A DNA stretch of 64,000 nucleotides from Felis catus (GCF_018350175.1 NC_058383.1:124001-188000); one strand, 5' to 3'. Positions 25,520 to 38,858 are shown, numbered from the stretch's first letter. Numbers and translations: made by a program. The notes: a model not told the origin generated them from the sequence alone.

Positions 25520-26790
25520 CTCAAAATGGATGAAAGATCTAAGTGTAAGACAGGAGACCATCAAAATACTAGAGGAGAGAAAAGGCAACCTACCTCTTTG
25601 ATCCTGACTGCAGCAACATCTTTCTTGTCAAGTCTCCAGAAACAAGGGCAATAAAAACAAAAAGGAACTATTGAGATCTCAAGATAAAAAGCTTCTGCAC
25701 AGGAGAGGACACAATCAACAAAACTAAAAGGAAACTTAATGGAATGGGAGAAGATATTTGCAGGTGACATATCAGATAAAGGGTTACTATGCAAAATCTA
25801 TAAAGAACATATCACACTCAACACCCAAAAACCAAATAACCCAGTGAAGCAATGGGCAAGAGACATGAAGAGACACTTTAACAAAGATGACATCCAGATT
25901 GATCATACGTGAAAAGATGCTCAACCTCATTCGTCATAAGTGAAATACAAATCAAAACCACAATGAGATATCCCCTCACACCTATCAGAATGGCTAAAAT
26001 TAACATCTCAGGAAATGACAGATGTTGGAAAGGATGCAGAAAAAGGGAATGCTTTTGCAATGCAAAGCATTGCAAAGTGGGAATGCAAAGTGGTGTAGCC
26101 ATTCTGGAAAATAGTATGGAGATTTGTTACAAAAAACAACAAAAGAACTACACTACGACCCAGCAATTGCACTAATAGGCATTTATCCAAAGGATACACT
26201 AACGCAGACTCAAAGAGGCACATGCACTCCAATGTTTATAGCAGCATTATCAACAATAGCTAAATTATGCAAAGAGCCCAAATGACCATTGAGAGATGAA
26301 TGGATAAAGAAGATGTGGTATATTCATACAGTGGAATATTACTCGGCAATCAAAAAGAGTGGAATCTTGCTATTTGCAACAAGGTGGATGGAACCAGACT
26401 TTATTATGCTAACCTTAATATCTCAGAGAAAGACACACATCATATGATTTCTCTCATCTGTGGAATTTAATACACTGATGAACATAGTGAAAGGAAAGCA
26501 AAAATAAGATACAAACAGAGAGGGAGTCAAATGATAAGAGACTGTTAAATAGAGGGAAGAAGCTCAGGACTCCAGAAAGGTTTCTGAACTGGGGTATGGG
26601 CTAAATAGGTGATGGGCACTCGGGGGGCGGGCACTTGGGATGAGTACTGGATATATTTTGTAATTGATGGATCACTAAATTCTAATCCTGAAACTGTATT
26701 CCACTATAAGGTAACTAACTTGGGCTTAAATTTTAACAAAGAAGGAGTATAAAAATAAGTAAAGAAATGTACTACCAGTCAAAAGAAAAG
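23020..26790 (+). mobile_element. Degenerate carnivore L1 with an ORF1-to-ORF2 internal deletion
   Basis: ORF 23699-23956 fuses the ORF1 N-terminus (SQMKEQDKVM) to ORF2 (GTLPNSFYE). RT motifs [13 protein letters not shown] at 24212-24469; C-terminal MKRCSTS..IKTTMRY; 3'UTR and A-rich tail. Confidence 0.9.
24712..24925 (+). mobile_element. Can-SINE nested in L1 (shared with 57363-57577)
   Basis: SINE head, CT tract and A-tail inside ORF2. Confidence 0.9.
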
Positions 26791-27173
26791 AATATTTAAA
26801 TCAGACTCTTGGAGTGGAAATGAAAGACCAAAAGTGTTACAGACAAGAAAGGATCAGAGAAAACATCAAGAAACAATGGCAAAACAACTAGTAGAATGTC
26901 ATTAAATATATACCTATCAATAATTACTCTGAATGTAAACCGACTACATGCTCCAATCAAAAGACAAGGATAGGGTGTCAGAATGGACAAAAATAAAGAA
27001 ACAAACAAAAAAACCAAGGTCTATCTAGATGCTGCCTACAAAGGCTTATTTGGACACATGTCACCTGCCTTTTAAAGGAGGGAATGAAAAAACATTTATC
27101 ATGACAATAATGTAAAAGAAAGCCAGTAGCAATACTTATATTAGGCAAAATAAACTTTAAAACCGAGAGTGTA

Positions 27174-27307
27174 GTTTGGTACCCTTTGGGTCAATACCTA
27201 GTAGTAAAATTGCATACACCCAATATTTATAGCAGCATTATCAACAGTAGCCATACTATGGAAAAAGCCCAAGTATCCATCAACTGATGAAGGTATAAAG
27301 AACTTGT

Positions 27308-27340
<33 letters not shown>

Positions 27341-27811
27341 ATGTATACGCATATGTACTCACTTGTATGCTCATATATACATACATATATACATACGTAT
27401 ATACAATGAAATGTAACTCAGCTTCAAAAAGAATGAAATCCTGCCACTTGCCACGATGCGGATGGACCTAGAATGTATTATGCTAAGTGAAATATGCCCA
27501 TCAGTGAAAGACACATATGATTTCACTCATGTGGAATTTAAGAAACAAAACAGATGAAAACATGGGAAGGGGGCAGGAAAAGAGAAGAGTGGTAACAAAC
27601 CACATGAGTCTCTTAACCGTACATAAAAAAAGTAAGGGTTGATAGAGGGAGATGTGTTGGCGCTGGGCTAGATGGTGGACGAGTATTAAGGAGAGCACTT
27701 GTTGTCATGAGTACTGGGTGTTGTATGTAAGGGATGAATGACTGGATTCTACTCCCGAAACAGAGAATGCACTATATGTCAACTAAGACTTATATTAAAA
27801 AAAATAAATAA
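27174..27811 (+). mobile_element. Short L1 3'-end insertion with an inverted 5' segment, nested in L1
   Basis: 27174-27213 is antisense L1. 27214-27811 is sense ORF2 end, 3'UTR and A-tail. Mirrored at ~54275-54910. Confidence 0.75.
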
Positions 27812-28267
27812 AGCTATATCAAGTGGTGAAGATAGACACTATCTCATACTAAAGGGGACAACCAAACAAAAAGATCCAATGATTGTAAATTTTGATGCAC
27901 CCAATATGCAATCACCAATATAAAAGAAATTAACAAAACCATAAAGGAATTTATAATAATATAACGATAATAGAGGACTTTAACACATCAGTCACATCAA
28001 TGGACAGAACCTGTAAACAGAAAATCAACAAGGAAACAATGGCTTTGAATGACACACTGGACCAGATGCGTTCAACAGATATATTCAGAACACTCCATAC
28101 TAAAATGGCAGAGTACACATTCTTTTCAAGCATACATGGGGCATTCTCCAGAAATGATCACATTCTAGGTCACAAATCAAGCCTCAACAGGTACCCAAAG
28201 ACAGAGATCAGACCAAGCATCTTTTCTGACCACAAAGCTAGGAAACTTGAAGTTAACCACACTCTCA

Positions 28268-28315
<48 letters not shown>

Positions 28316-29120
28316 GGGGGAAAGGCCACAAATAAAGGTTAAATAACATGCTACCAAATGAATGGGTCAAACAGGAAATCAATGAGAAAATACACTGAAA
28401 CTAATGAAAATGAAAATACACTGGTAAAAACTTTTGGAATGCGGCAAAAGCAATCTAAGATGGAAGTATATAGCAATACAAGCCTACCTTAAAGAGCAAG
28501 AAAAATCTCAAACCCTCCTAACTTACAACTAAAGGAATGAGAAGAACAGCAGAAGGAAGGAAATAATAGAGATTAAGGCAGAAATAAGGGATATACAAAC
28601 CAAAAAGACACTAGACCAAATCAATGAAACCAGGGGCTGGTTCCTTGAAAACAGTAATCAACATGAAAACCTCCTAGGCAGAATTTTCACAAAGAAGAGA
28701 GAAAGGACTCAAATAAATAAAATCACAAATAAGGAGAAACAACAGTCAACACTACAAAAATACAGTTAGAAGATAATATTATGAAAAACTATATGCAACA
28801 AATTGGACACTCTGAGAAAAATGGACAAATTCCTAGAAACACAAAAACTACCAAAACTGAAACAGGAAGATACATAAAATCTGAAAACAGAAAGAAATCA
28901 AATCAGTAAGAAAAAAAAAAATCTCCCCCCAACACAAGAGTTCAGGGCCAGAGGGCTTCACTGATGAATTCTATCAACCATTTAAGGAAGAGTTAATATG
29001 TATTCTCCTCGAATTATTACAAAAAATAAAAAAGAAGGAAAACTTCCAAATTCATCTCAAGAGGCCATCATTACCCTGATACCAAAACCAGATAAAGCCT
29101 CCACTAAAACCGAAAACTGC

Positions 29121-29345
29121 TGGGGTGCCTGTGTGGCTCAGTCGGTTTACTGTCCAACTCTTATTTTTGGATTAGGACATTATCTTGCGGTGCATGGGTT
29201 CAAGTCCCACATTGGACCGTGCATTGACAGTGTGGAGCATGGCCAGGATTCTCTCTTTCCCTGTCTCTCTGACCCTCCCTCACTTTTATGTACTCTTTCT
29301 AAGGAAAGAAATAAACATTTAAAAAATGTTTAAAAAAATTTAAAA
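29121..29345 (+). mobile_element. Can-SINE nested in L1 (shared with 52760-52983)
   Basis: ggggtgcctgtgtggctcagtcgg head and A-tail. Confidence 0.88.
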
Positions 29346-29969
29346 TAAAACTGCAGACCAAGAGCCTGAGAGTATGTATGCAGAAATTCTCATGAAAATA
29401 CCTTCAAATTAAAGTCAACAATACATTAATAGAATCATTTACCATAATCAACTGGGATATATTCCCGGGCTGCAAAGGTGGTTCCACATTCACAGATCAA
29501 TCAACATGATGCACCACAGTAATAGAAGAAAGGATAAGAACAATATGATGCTTTTCGCAGATGCAGGAAAACCATTTGACAAAATGTCACATCCATTCAT
29601 GATAAAAACCCTCAGCAAAGTAGATTTGGACTAAACCTACCTACATATATAAAGGTCATCTAGGAAAAACCCACAGCTCAGCTCATCCTCAATGGGGAAA
29701 AATTGAAAGTGTTTCCTCTAAGGTCAGGGACAAGACAGGGATGACCCCTGTCACCACTATTATTCCACATAGTACAGGAAGTCCTAGCCACAGCAATCAG
29801 ACAAAAAAAGAAATGAGGCATCCAAATTGGCAAGGAAGAAGTAGAACTTTCGCTGTTTGGAACTGACTGATGCTCTCTATAAACAACATGAAAGACTCCA
29901 ATGAAAATTGCTAGGATTGATATATGAATTTGACAAATCACAATATACAGAAATCAATGTACATAAATC

Positions 29970-30069
29970 NNNNNNNNNNNNNNNNNNNNNNNNNNNNNNN
30001 NNNNNNNNNNNNNNNNNNNNNNNNNNNNNNNNNNNNNNNNNNNNNNNNNNNNNNNNNNNNNNNNNNNNN
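29970..30069. other. Assembly gap (100 N)
   Basis: Run of exactly 100 N, a typical placeholder for a gap of unknown size. Confidence 0.99.
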
Positions 30070-31229
30070 GAAACCGCCCAGGCTCACACAGTGGTCAGCA
30101 GCACACTGGATCTCAAACTCTAGGCTCCTGGCCCTGCTGCCAGGGGCAATGAAAGGCTCCCAAGATGGGAGGCTGACATTGGCTTTGTGGACACCTCCAT
30201 GAATGATCTCACTTGTTCAAGGCCGCCAAAACTCTGTTCACTGCCTCTTCTTTCCCTGGTCCCTGCTCCCGTTATAATCAGGGTGACCCTGGCCACCCTT
30301 CTTGGAATTCCCTAGGTCCACTTATAATCAATCAGTGCCTCTCTACCATTCTCTTTTGGCCATGCCATTCGGAGTCCACCCCCTCTGGAGCTGGCCTCTC
30401 CTTGTATAACCTGGACAGCCCAATACTGGGGCTCTTTACCTAAAGGGAATGTAATACTATTTTGGTTTTTCACTCCTGTTTTGTTTCGGGTTTGGTTTTC
30501 GTTGTTGTGTATGGTTTCTTTATACTTAGGTTGGAGACCTTGCTTTGCTATTTTAGCATTGCCAGAGTGGTTCCTGATATAACTAATTCACATAAAAATG
30601 AAAGTGAAGGGATTTAGAACAATGATTTTCAGATGGCTAATCATTGAGTCAATCATGTAGAGAAACTATTTAGGAAACTCAGCTCAGGACAGAGCCCAGG
30701 AGAGATGATCACAGTAGGTTTGTCTAGTCCCCTGGGTCCCTGGACCCTGCCCACCTGCTCAGCCCTCCCCGCCCAGCACACCTGGCACTGCCAACATTCT
30801 GGGTGTGTTGTTGCGGGTCCCCCAGGAGAGACGAGGATGAACTGTTTCTCTTAAAATGCTGTCATTCCTGGAGATCGCAGGAGATCCCTATTGTGTCAGT
30901 CAGCTGGATTTCTTCTCTGACGACCCCCCCCCCCCTGTAAGTTCATAATGTACAGCCCATGCTAATAGGTAGGAGAGTCACACAGATAAGTGACAGATCT
31001 ACCACTGTTTGTGGTGTTAAAATGTCTAGGTCAATTAGACATGATATGGGGACCAGACAATCTTCTCCCACCAATATTCCAGGATATTGCAGGCCAGGAG
31101 ACATTTTGGATTACAATTTTATCATGTTCCTATCATTGAAGTAAAATATAGCTCTGTTTCTTTGGGATTTCTTGACTCATATTCTACTTCTAGAGGAACT
31201 TCTCAATTTCTAAACACACGGGAATGTCT

Positions 31230-34200
31230 TTTTTTTTCTATACTTTTTTTAATGAAATTTATTGTCAAATTGGTTTCAATACAACACCCAGTGCTCATCC
31301 CAAAAGGTACCCTCCTCAATACCCATCAACCACCCTCCCCTCCTTCCCACCCCCTATCAACCCTCAGTTTGTTCTCAGTTTTTAGGAGTCTCTTATGTTT
31401 TGGCTGTCTTCAACTCTAACCATTTTTTTTTCCTTCCCCTCCCCCATGGCCTTCTGTTAAGTTTGTCAGGATCCACATAGGAGTGAAAACATATGGAATC
31501 TGTCCTTCTCTGTATGACTTATTTCACTTAGCATAACACTCTCCAGTTTCATCCATGTTGCTACAAAAGGCCATATTTCATTCTTTCTCATTGCCACGTA
31601 GTACTCCATTGTGTATATAAACCACAATTTCTTTAACCATTCATCAGTTGATGGACATTTAGGCTCTTTCCATAATTTAGCTATTGATGAGAGTGCTGCT
31701 ATAAACATTGGGATACATGTGCCCCTATGCATCAGGACTCCTGTATCCCTTGGGTAAATTCCTAGCAGTGCTATTGCTGGGTCGTAGGGTAGGTCTATTT
31801 TTAATTTTTTGAGGAACCTCCACACTGTTTTCCAGAGTGGCTGCACCAGTTTGCATTCCCACCAACAGTGCAAGAGGGTTCCCGTTTCTCCACATCCTCT
31901 CCAGCATCTATAGTCTCCTGATTTGTTCATTTTGGCCACTCTGACTGGTGTGAGGTGATATCTGAGTGTGGTTTTGATTTGTACTTCCCTGATGAGCGAC
32001 ATTGAGCATCTTTTCATGTGCCTGTTGGCCATCTGGATGTCTTCTTTAGAGAAGTGTCTATTCATGTTTTCTGCCCATTTCTTCACTGGATTATTTGTTT
32101 TTCAGGTGTGGAGTTTGGTGAGCTCTTTATAGATTTTGGATGCTAGCCCTTTGTCTGATATGTCATTTGCAAATATCCTCTCCCATTCCGTTGGTTGCCT
32201 TTTAGGTTTGTTGGTTGTTTCCTTTGCTGTGCAGAAGCTTTTTATCTTCATAAGGTCCCAGTAATTCATTTTTGCTTTTAATTCCCTTGCCTTTGGGGAT
32301 GTGTCAAGTAAGAAATTGCTGCGACTGAGGTCAGAGAGGTTTTTCCCTGCTTTCTCCTCTAGGGTTTGGATGGTTTCCTGTCTCACATTCAGGTCCTTTA
32401 TCCATTTTGAGTTTATTTTTGTGAATGGTGTAAGAGAGTGGTCTAGTTTCATCCTTCTGCATGTTGCTGTCCAGTTATCCCAGCACCATTTATTAAAGAG
32501 ACTGTCTTTTTTCCATTGGATATTCTTTCCTGCTTTGTCAAAGATTAGTTGGCCATACGTTTGTGGGTCTAGTTCTGGGGTTTCTATTCTATTCCATTGG
32601 TCTATGTGTCTGTTTTTGTGCCAATATCATGCTGTCTTGATGACTACAGCTTTATAGTAGAGGCTAAAGTCTGGGATTGTGATGCTTCCTACTTTGGTCT
32701 CCTTCTTCAAAATTACTTTGGCTATTCGGGGCCATTTGTGGTTCCATACAAATTTTAGGATTGCTTGTTCTAGCTTCGAGAAGAATGCTATTGCAATTTT
32801 GATTGGGATTGCATTGAATGTGTAGATAGCTTTGGGTAGTATTGACATTTTGACAAGATTTATTCTTCCAATCCATGAGCATGGAATGTTTTTCCATTTC
32901 TTTATATCTTCTCCAATTTCCTTCATAAGCTTTCTATAGTTTTCAGCATACAGGTCTTTTACATCTTTGGTAAGGTTTATTCCTAGGTATTTTAGGCTTC
33001 TTGGTGCAATTGTGAATGGGATCAGTTTCTTTATTTGTCTTTCTGTTGCTTCATTATTAGTGTCTAAGAATGCAACTGATTTCCGTACATTGATTTTGTA
33101 TCCTGAGACTTTTCTGAATTCATGTATCACTTCTAGCAGACTTTTGGTGGGGTCTATCAGGTTTTCCATGTATAATATCATGTCATCTGCAAAAAGTGAA
33201 AGCTTAACTTCATCTTTGCCAATTTTGATGCCTTTGATTTCCTTTTGTTGTCTGATTTCTGATGCTAGAACTTCCAACACTATTGTAAACAACAGCGGTG
33301 AGAGTGGACATCCCTGTCGTCTTCCTGATCTCAGGGAGAAAGCTCTCAGTAGTTCCCCATTGAGGATGATATTAGCTGTGGGCTTTTCATAAATGGCTTC
33401 TATGACGTTTAAGTATGAAGTTTAAGTTAAGTATAAAAACCTTTCTTGAAGGTTTTTATTAAGAAAGGATGCTGAATTTTGTCAAATGCTTTTTCTGCAT
33501 CGATTGACAGGATCATATGGTTCTTACCTTTTCTTTTATTAATGTGATGTATCACATTGATTGATTTGCGAATGTTGAACCAGCCCTGCAGCCCAGGAAT
33601 GAATCCCACTTGATCATGGTGAATAATTCTTTTTATATGCTGTTGAATTCGATTTGCTAGTATCTTGTTGAGAATTTTTGCATCCATATTCATCAGGGAT
33701 ATTGGCCTGTAGTTCTCTTTTTTTTACTGGGTCTCTGTCTGGTTTAGGAATCAAAGTAATGCTGGCTTCATAGAATAAGTCTGGAAGTTTTCCTTTCCTT
33801 TCAATTTTTTGGAATAGCTTAAGAAGGATAGGTATTATCTGTGCTTTACATGTCTGGTAGAGTTTCCCTGGGAAGCCATCTGGTCCTGGACTCTTATTTG
33901 TTGGGAGATTTTTGATAACTGATTCAATTTCTTCACTGGTTATGGGTCCGTTCAAGCTTTCTATTTCTTCCTGTTTGAGTTTTGGAAGTGTGTGGGTGTT
34001 TAGGAATTTGTCCATTTCTTCCAAGTTGTCCATTTTGTTGGCATATAATTTTTCATTGTATTCCCTGATAGTTACTTGTATTTCTGAGGGATTGGTTGTA
34101 ATAATTCCATTTTCATTCATGATTTTACCTATTTGAGTCCTCTCTTTTTTCTTTTTGAGAAGCCTGGCTAGAGGTTTATCAATTTTGTTTATTTTTTCAA

Positions 34201-35747
34201 AAAACCAACTCTTGGTTTCATTGATCTGCTCTACAGTTTTTTTACAATCTATATCGTTTATTTCTGCTCTGATCTTTATTATTTCTCTTCTTCTTCTGGG
34301 TTTGTGGTGTCTTTGCTGTTCTGCTTCTATTATTCTTTAGGCGTGCTGTTAGATTTTCTATTTGGGATTTTTCTTGTTTCTGGATATAGGCCTGGATTGC
34401 AATGTATTTTCCTCTCAGGACTGCCTTTGCTGCATCCCAAAGGGTTTGGATTGTTGTATTTTCATTTGTTTCCATATATTTTTTAATTTCTCCTCTAATT
34501 GCCTGGTTGACCCACTCATTATTTAGTAGGGTGTTCTTTAACCTCCATGCTTTTGGAGGTTTTCCAGACTTTTTCCTATGGTTGATTTCAAGCTTCATAG
34601 CATTGTGGTCTGAAAGTATGCATGGTATGATCTCAATTCTTGTATACTTATGAAGGACTGTTTTGTGACCCAGTATGTGATCTATCTTGGAGAAAGTTCC
34701 ATGTGCACTCAAGAAGAAAGTATATTCTGTTGCTTTGGGATGCAGAGTTCTAAATATATCTGTCAAGTCTATCTGATCCAGTGTATCATTCAGGGCCCTT
34801 GTTTCTTTATTGATCTTGTGTCTAGATGATCTGTCCAATGTTGTAAGTGGAGTATTAAAGTCCCCTGCAGTTACCACATTCTTATCAATAAGGTTATGTT
34901 TGGGATTAATTGTTTTATATATTTGGGGGCTCCCGTATTTGGTGCATAGACATTTATAATTGTTAGCTCTTCCTGATGGATAGACCCTGTAATTATTATA
35001 TAATTCCCTTCTTCATCTCTTGTTACAGCCTTTAATTTAAAGTCTAGTTTGTCTGATATATGTATGGCTACTCCAGCTTTCTTTTGATTTCCAGTAGCAT
35101 GATAGATATTTCTCCATCCCCTCACTGTCAATCTCAAGGTGTAAAATGAGTCTCTTGTAGACAGCAAATAGATGGGTCTTGGTTTTTTATCCATTCTGAT
35201 ACCCTGTGTCTTTTTGTTGGAGCATTTGTCCATTTACATTCAATGTTAGTATTGAAAGATGTGGGTTTAGAGTCATTGTGATATCTATAGGTTTCATGCT
35301 TGTAGTGATGTCTCTGGTACTTTGTCTCACAGGATCCCCCTTAGGATCTCTTGTAGGATTGCTTTAGTGGTGATGAATTCCTTCAGTTTTTGTTTGTTTG
35401 GGAAGATCTTTATCTCTCCTTCTATTCTAAATGACAGACTTGCTGGATAAAGGATTCTTGGCTGCATGGTTTTTCTGTTCCTCACATTGAAGATTTCCTG
35501 CCATTCCTTCTGGCCTGCCAAGTTTCAGTAGACAGATCCATCACGAGTCTTATTGGTCTCCCTTTATATGTTAGAGCATGTTTAGCCCTAGCTGCTTTCA
35601 GAATTCTCCCTTTATCCTTGTATTTTGCCAGTTTCACTGGCAGATCGATTCAAGTTACATCTGAAGGGAGTTCTCTGTGCCTCTTGGATTTCAATGCCTT
35701 TTTCCTTTCCCAGTTCAGGGAAGTTCCCAGCTATGATGTCTTCAAGT
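31230..35747 (-). mobile_element. Younger felid L1 (L1_Fc-like), 5'-truncated within ORF1, ORF2 frameshifted
   Basis: ORF1 C-terminal pieces at 35327-35747. ORF2 pieces at 34871-35233 and 34242-34877 (EN, GDFNTPL), 33614-34120, 33427-33693 ([10 protein letters not shown]), 32627-33292 (LFADDMILY), 32102-32452 and 31466-32086 (HCWWECK). T-rich tail at ~31230. Approximate TSD aacacacgggaatgtct (31213-31229) / aacatatgggaatttct (35748-35764). Confidence 0.95.
31466..35233 (-). pseudogene. L1 ORF2 (endonuclease/reverse transcriptase), disrupted
   Basis: Seven consecutive ORF-track fragments translate to EN, RT and C-terminal L1 ORF2p motifs in different frames. Confidence 0.92.
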
Positions 35748-35939
35748 AACATATGGGAATTTCTAGTTACCTCTTTATTAATCATTTCTAGCACATTCTA
35801 TTACCAAACCATGCTTTGTTTGATTTCCTTCCTCTCAAATCATTACATTCCTTTGAAATTTCCCTTATGATCATAATAAATATGGTGAATGTTTATAACT
35901 GTATCCTCTGTGCCTAAAGTGAATGTGTCCTTTACAGTG

Positions 35940-35973
35940 TATGATATGGATATATATGGATATAGATACAGAT

Positions 35974-36024
<51 letters not shown>

Positions 36025-36026
36025 TA
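35940..36026 (+). repeat. (GATA)n microsatellite
   Basis: Perfect (gata)n run at ~35977-36024, preceded by degenerate units. Confidence 0.95.
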
Positions 36027-38629
36027 GCTGTGGGATTCAGATGGTTTGCTATCAAGATCTCTGTCTTATGGATGTTCTATCTGCTTTGACTTACTGAGAG
36101 AGGGTTAAACTTTCCTGTCTGCTTGTGTATTTGATTGTTCTTGCAGTTTTGTCCTCCTTTGCTTTCTCAGTTGTTCAGCTATGGCCCATGGGAGATGGGA
36201 GTTCAGAAAGGAAGGAGATAGCACTCAGAAGAGGTGACAGGGAGCTGGGTGAGGAGGCCCAGAAATCAGAAGGCCAGCCAAGTTTCCAGAGAGGAACTGT
36301 AGTTGGGATGGCCCTTGGTGGTGCACCAGGTGGGAAGCAGCTTTTTAAAAATGAGGTCACATGGGGTGTCTATATTTCTCTACCAGGGCTAAGGGCAGCT
36401 GGTTGGTCGAGAGAGAGTATAAAGGTTCTGGGTTGCTAAGGCAACACCCAGACAGTCTGGTGAGGCCTTGGAAGAAGAAGGATCTTCCTCTGCTCCACCT
36501 GCTCCTGAGAGTCCACTTAACCTGCTGTTTGTGTCCTGCTCACCTAGTGATTTACTGACCTGCTAACCTACTAACCTGTCTGAACCCTCCTCCCTCCCCT
36601 CTTGTACTTGATCTGATCCTCGTACTGTCTCTGACCTCTTCTCCTGACAGTCCCCGTTCCTAAACCCACCCCATTTTTATACTCCTCCCGCATCCCCAAT
36701 TACCACCCTCCCCCCCTTTCCCACCCCTCTCCACTCCTCCCTTGCCCACCTATACCCCATCCCCCATGTCCACCTCCTGCCTGGAACCCTAGAGTTCCCT
36801 TAAAGGACAGGGACAGGAAGGTGAACAGGCTGTGTTTCTAGCTCCTTGTGCCTGAGTGTCACGGTTACCCAAACACAAATGTGAGTAAACCTGGGACATC
36901 GGTGGATTCTTCCTTCCTATTGTGTTCTTTCACACTGTGGTTAAACAACAGCTTTTCTATGCGGCTTTTGATGAGAACTTCAGAAGACTTCATTTCATCC
37001 TGAAGACTGAGAACCACAGGGCAGGTTTCTCCACCAGCCTGAAGTGGTTGTGGCCACAGCTGTCCACATCAAGTTCTGTGTCCTGTCTGTGTTGCTTGGT
37101 CTAAAAAGAGCAGTGCTGACCGGATGTAAACCCGAACATAGTAGGTTTATAGTGTCAAGAAGGAAGGATTTGTGAAGATACTAAAAGCTATTGAGCTGAT
37201 TGACTGAAATAGGTGTTTCTAGGATGTGTGAATTATTTCATTAAAGTTGTTTTTAAAATGTCAAAAACCTTTATTTAATGGGAACTATGGGTATGGGACT
37301 GGCTCCGGGAAGCCCTGTTAAGATCCTGCTTCAAGCTTTGTAAGCTTAGGGTCCATCTTATATGTAGTTCATTTTCCTATCAGCACATTGTTCATATTTG
37401 TGAAGTTTGGTAGCCCTGGGAACAGCGATGACTGGATTGATGTTAGTAGTAGAGTGTTAAAAAGTGAAATGTCTTTGGGCTCTGTGCTCCTGGTTGTTGA
37501 CTTTTAGCAACGTCTGAGTCATCCCTTTGCCTCTGGTCTTGGAAGCTGCCCTCAGGGAGTCTGTGTCCAACTATGTTGGGAGCCACAGAAGCCTAGCAGA
37601 AACTAAGTAATTGCATCTTGCTTGGACATTTACGATAGGAAAATCACTAGGAGCAACATAATTAGGAAGTGAATAAATTGTTGTCCTTTCTTTAAGTATG
37701 AGCAGAGTGTTGATTTACTCAAAACAAGAAGGGTTTTGAATGCCCTTAGGATTGTCCCAATAAAATGAAATACGTGGTTCCCATTGTGACTAATCAAAAC
37801 TCGTACCCCTAAAGAGTGAGAGAGGCAAACAGACAGGGAACACCAGAGATATAAGTAGATTTCTTTAGATTGGCATGTACCAGATCCTTCTAGAGGGACC
37901 TGAAAAGTCCCAGTAGTCAGGAATAACCCTAGCACTGAGGCAGAATCATTCCACATGAATGCCTCCAATCTAAATACAATCAGTTCTACTTCTTTTGAGA
38001 CTGTGAAGGAGGAAAATTCTTGATTGTCCTGATTAGAATTCCCCCCCTGTACTTAGGCTGCCTCTCACAGATTGGTTCAGCTCTCTCACCCTACCTCATC
38101 TCTGAATTCTTCCAACTAATTTGTCTTGCATTTCCCACCTCCACCTATTCATGGCCATTGAGTGTGAGAAGTTAGCTTTATTGGCCCCATTGGATCTAAT
38201 CTAGTTCAGCGTCAACTACCGATATCAGCAGCCAGACAGCTGCCAGATACACCAAGAGTGCCCATAGCTGAAGATGTTTTACCTTCGTGACAAGATGGCC
38301 TGTGTCTTTGGTGCATTTGAGCCCCATGACCAACCATTGTGCTGACAGCTACTGCTTTCTTTCAGACAGCGGCTAGACGAAGACAGTGTATATTTCCTAC
38401 CATTACACATTTTTGTGACCTCATCCCTGAGAACTGAAGTTGAAAAGGTTATAGATTTCAGAGGCTACTTTCTAGACATGTTCATTTGCACAAATTAAGC
38501 TTGGTATGTGAACTGGTGTGAATTGCATTGTGAGTGTGCTGCTCCTAGAGTGCTTCTAAGTCCAGTTTTTGTAGGATGATATGTGTTCTGTTGTTTTGGT
38601 GACCATATCCTGGAATTTTGTGTTCTTTT

Positions 38630-38858
38630 ATTTACTTTTTATTTTTTTAAATTTTTTAATGTTTATTTATTTTTGAGAGAAAAAGACAGAGCGTGAGCAG
38701 GGGAGGGGCAGAGAGAGAAGGAGACACAGAATGTGAAGCAGGCTCCAGGCTCTGAGCTGTCAACACAATGCCTGATGTGGGGCTCGAACTCATGGACTGT
38801 GAAATCATGACCTGAGCCAAAGTCAGTTGCTGAACCAACTGAGTCACCCAGGCGCCCC
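38630..38858 (-). mobile_element. Can-SINE
   Basis: Antisense SINE ending cccaggcgcccc, flanked by the TSD tgtgttcttt on both sides. Confidence 0.92.

Larger units (their letters stand above)
18402..29969 (+). repeat. Left arm of inverted segmental duplication (partner 52128-64000)
   Basis: The reverse complement of the window end (63890-64000) matches 18402 onward; 21200-21310 matches 61180-61290; 29941-29969 matches ~52128-52156. Element order and junctions are the same in both arms. Confidence 0.95.
26810..29969 (+). mobile_element. Degenerate L1 (ORF2 endonuclease to RT), running into the gap
   Basis: ORF 28000-28335 (QKINKETMALNDTLDQM..DIFRTLH..EYTFFSS.HG) is L1 endonuclease; RT-region sequence continues to the Ns. 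Confidence 0.88.

Noticed and set aside
29908..30202. ORFs spanning the N run
   Set aside because: Artefacts of translating Ns.
32301..34653. Plus-strand ORFs of 60-141 aa, and similar ones at 56910-58189 and 61552-61986
   Set aside because: Antisense frames of L1 ORF2, a common source of spurious hydrophobic ORFs.
31230..35747. Retrotransposition-competent L1
   Set aside because: It lacks the 5'UTR and the ORF1 N-terminus, and ORF2 is split into at least seven frames.
36585..36780. C-rich tract as a functional G-quadruplex or promoter
   Set aside because: Low-complexity sequence with no supporting context.
38428..38480. miR-146-like start TGAGAACTGAA
   Set aside because: Only 11 nt match, and the downstream sequence provides no complementary 3' arm for a hairpin.
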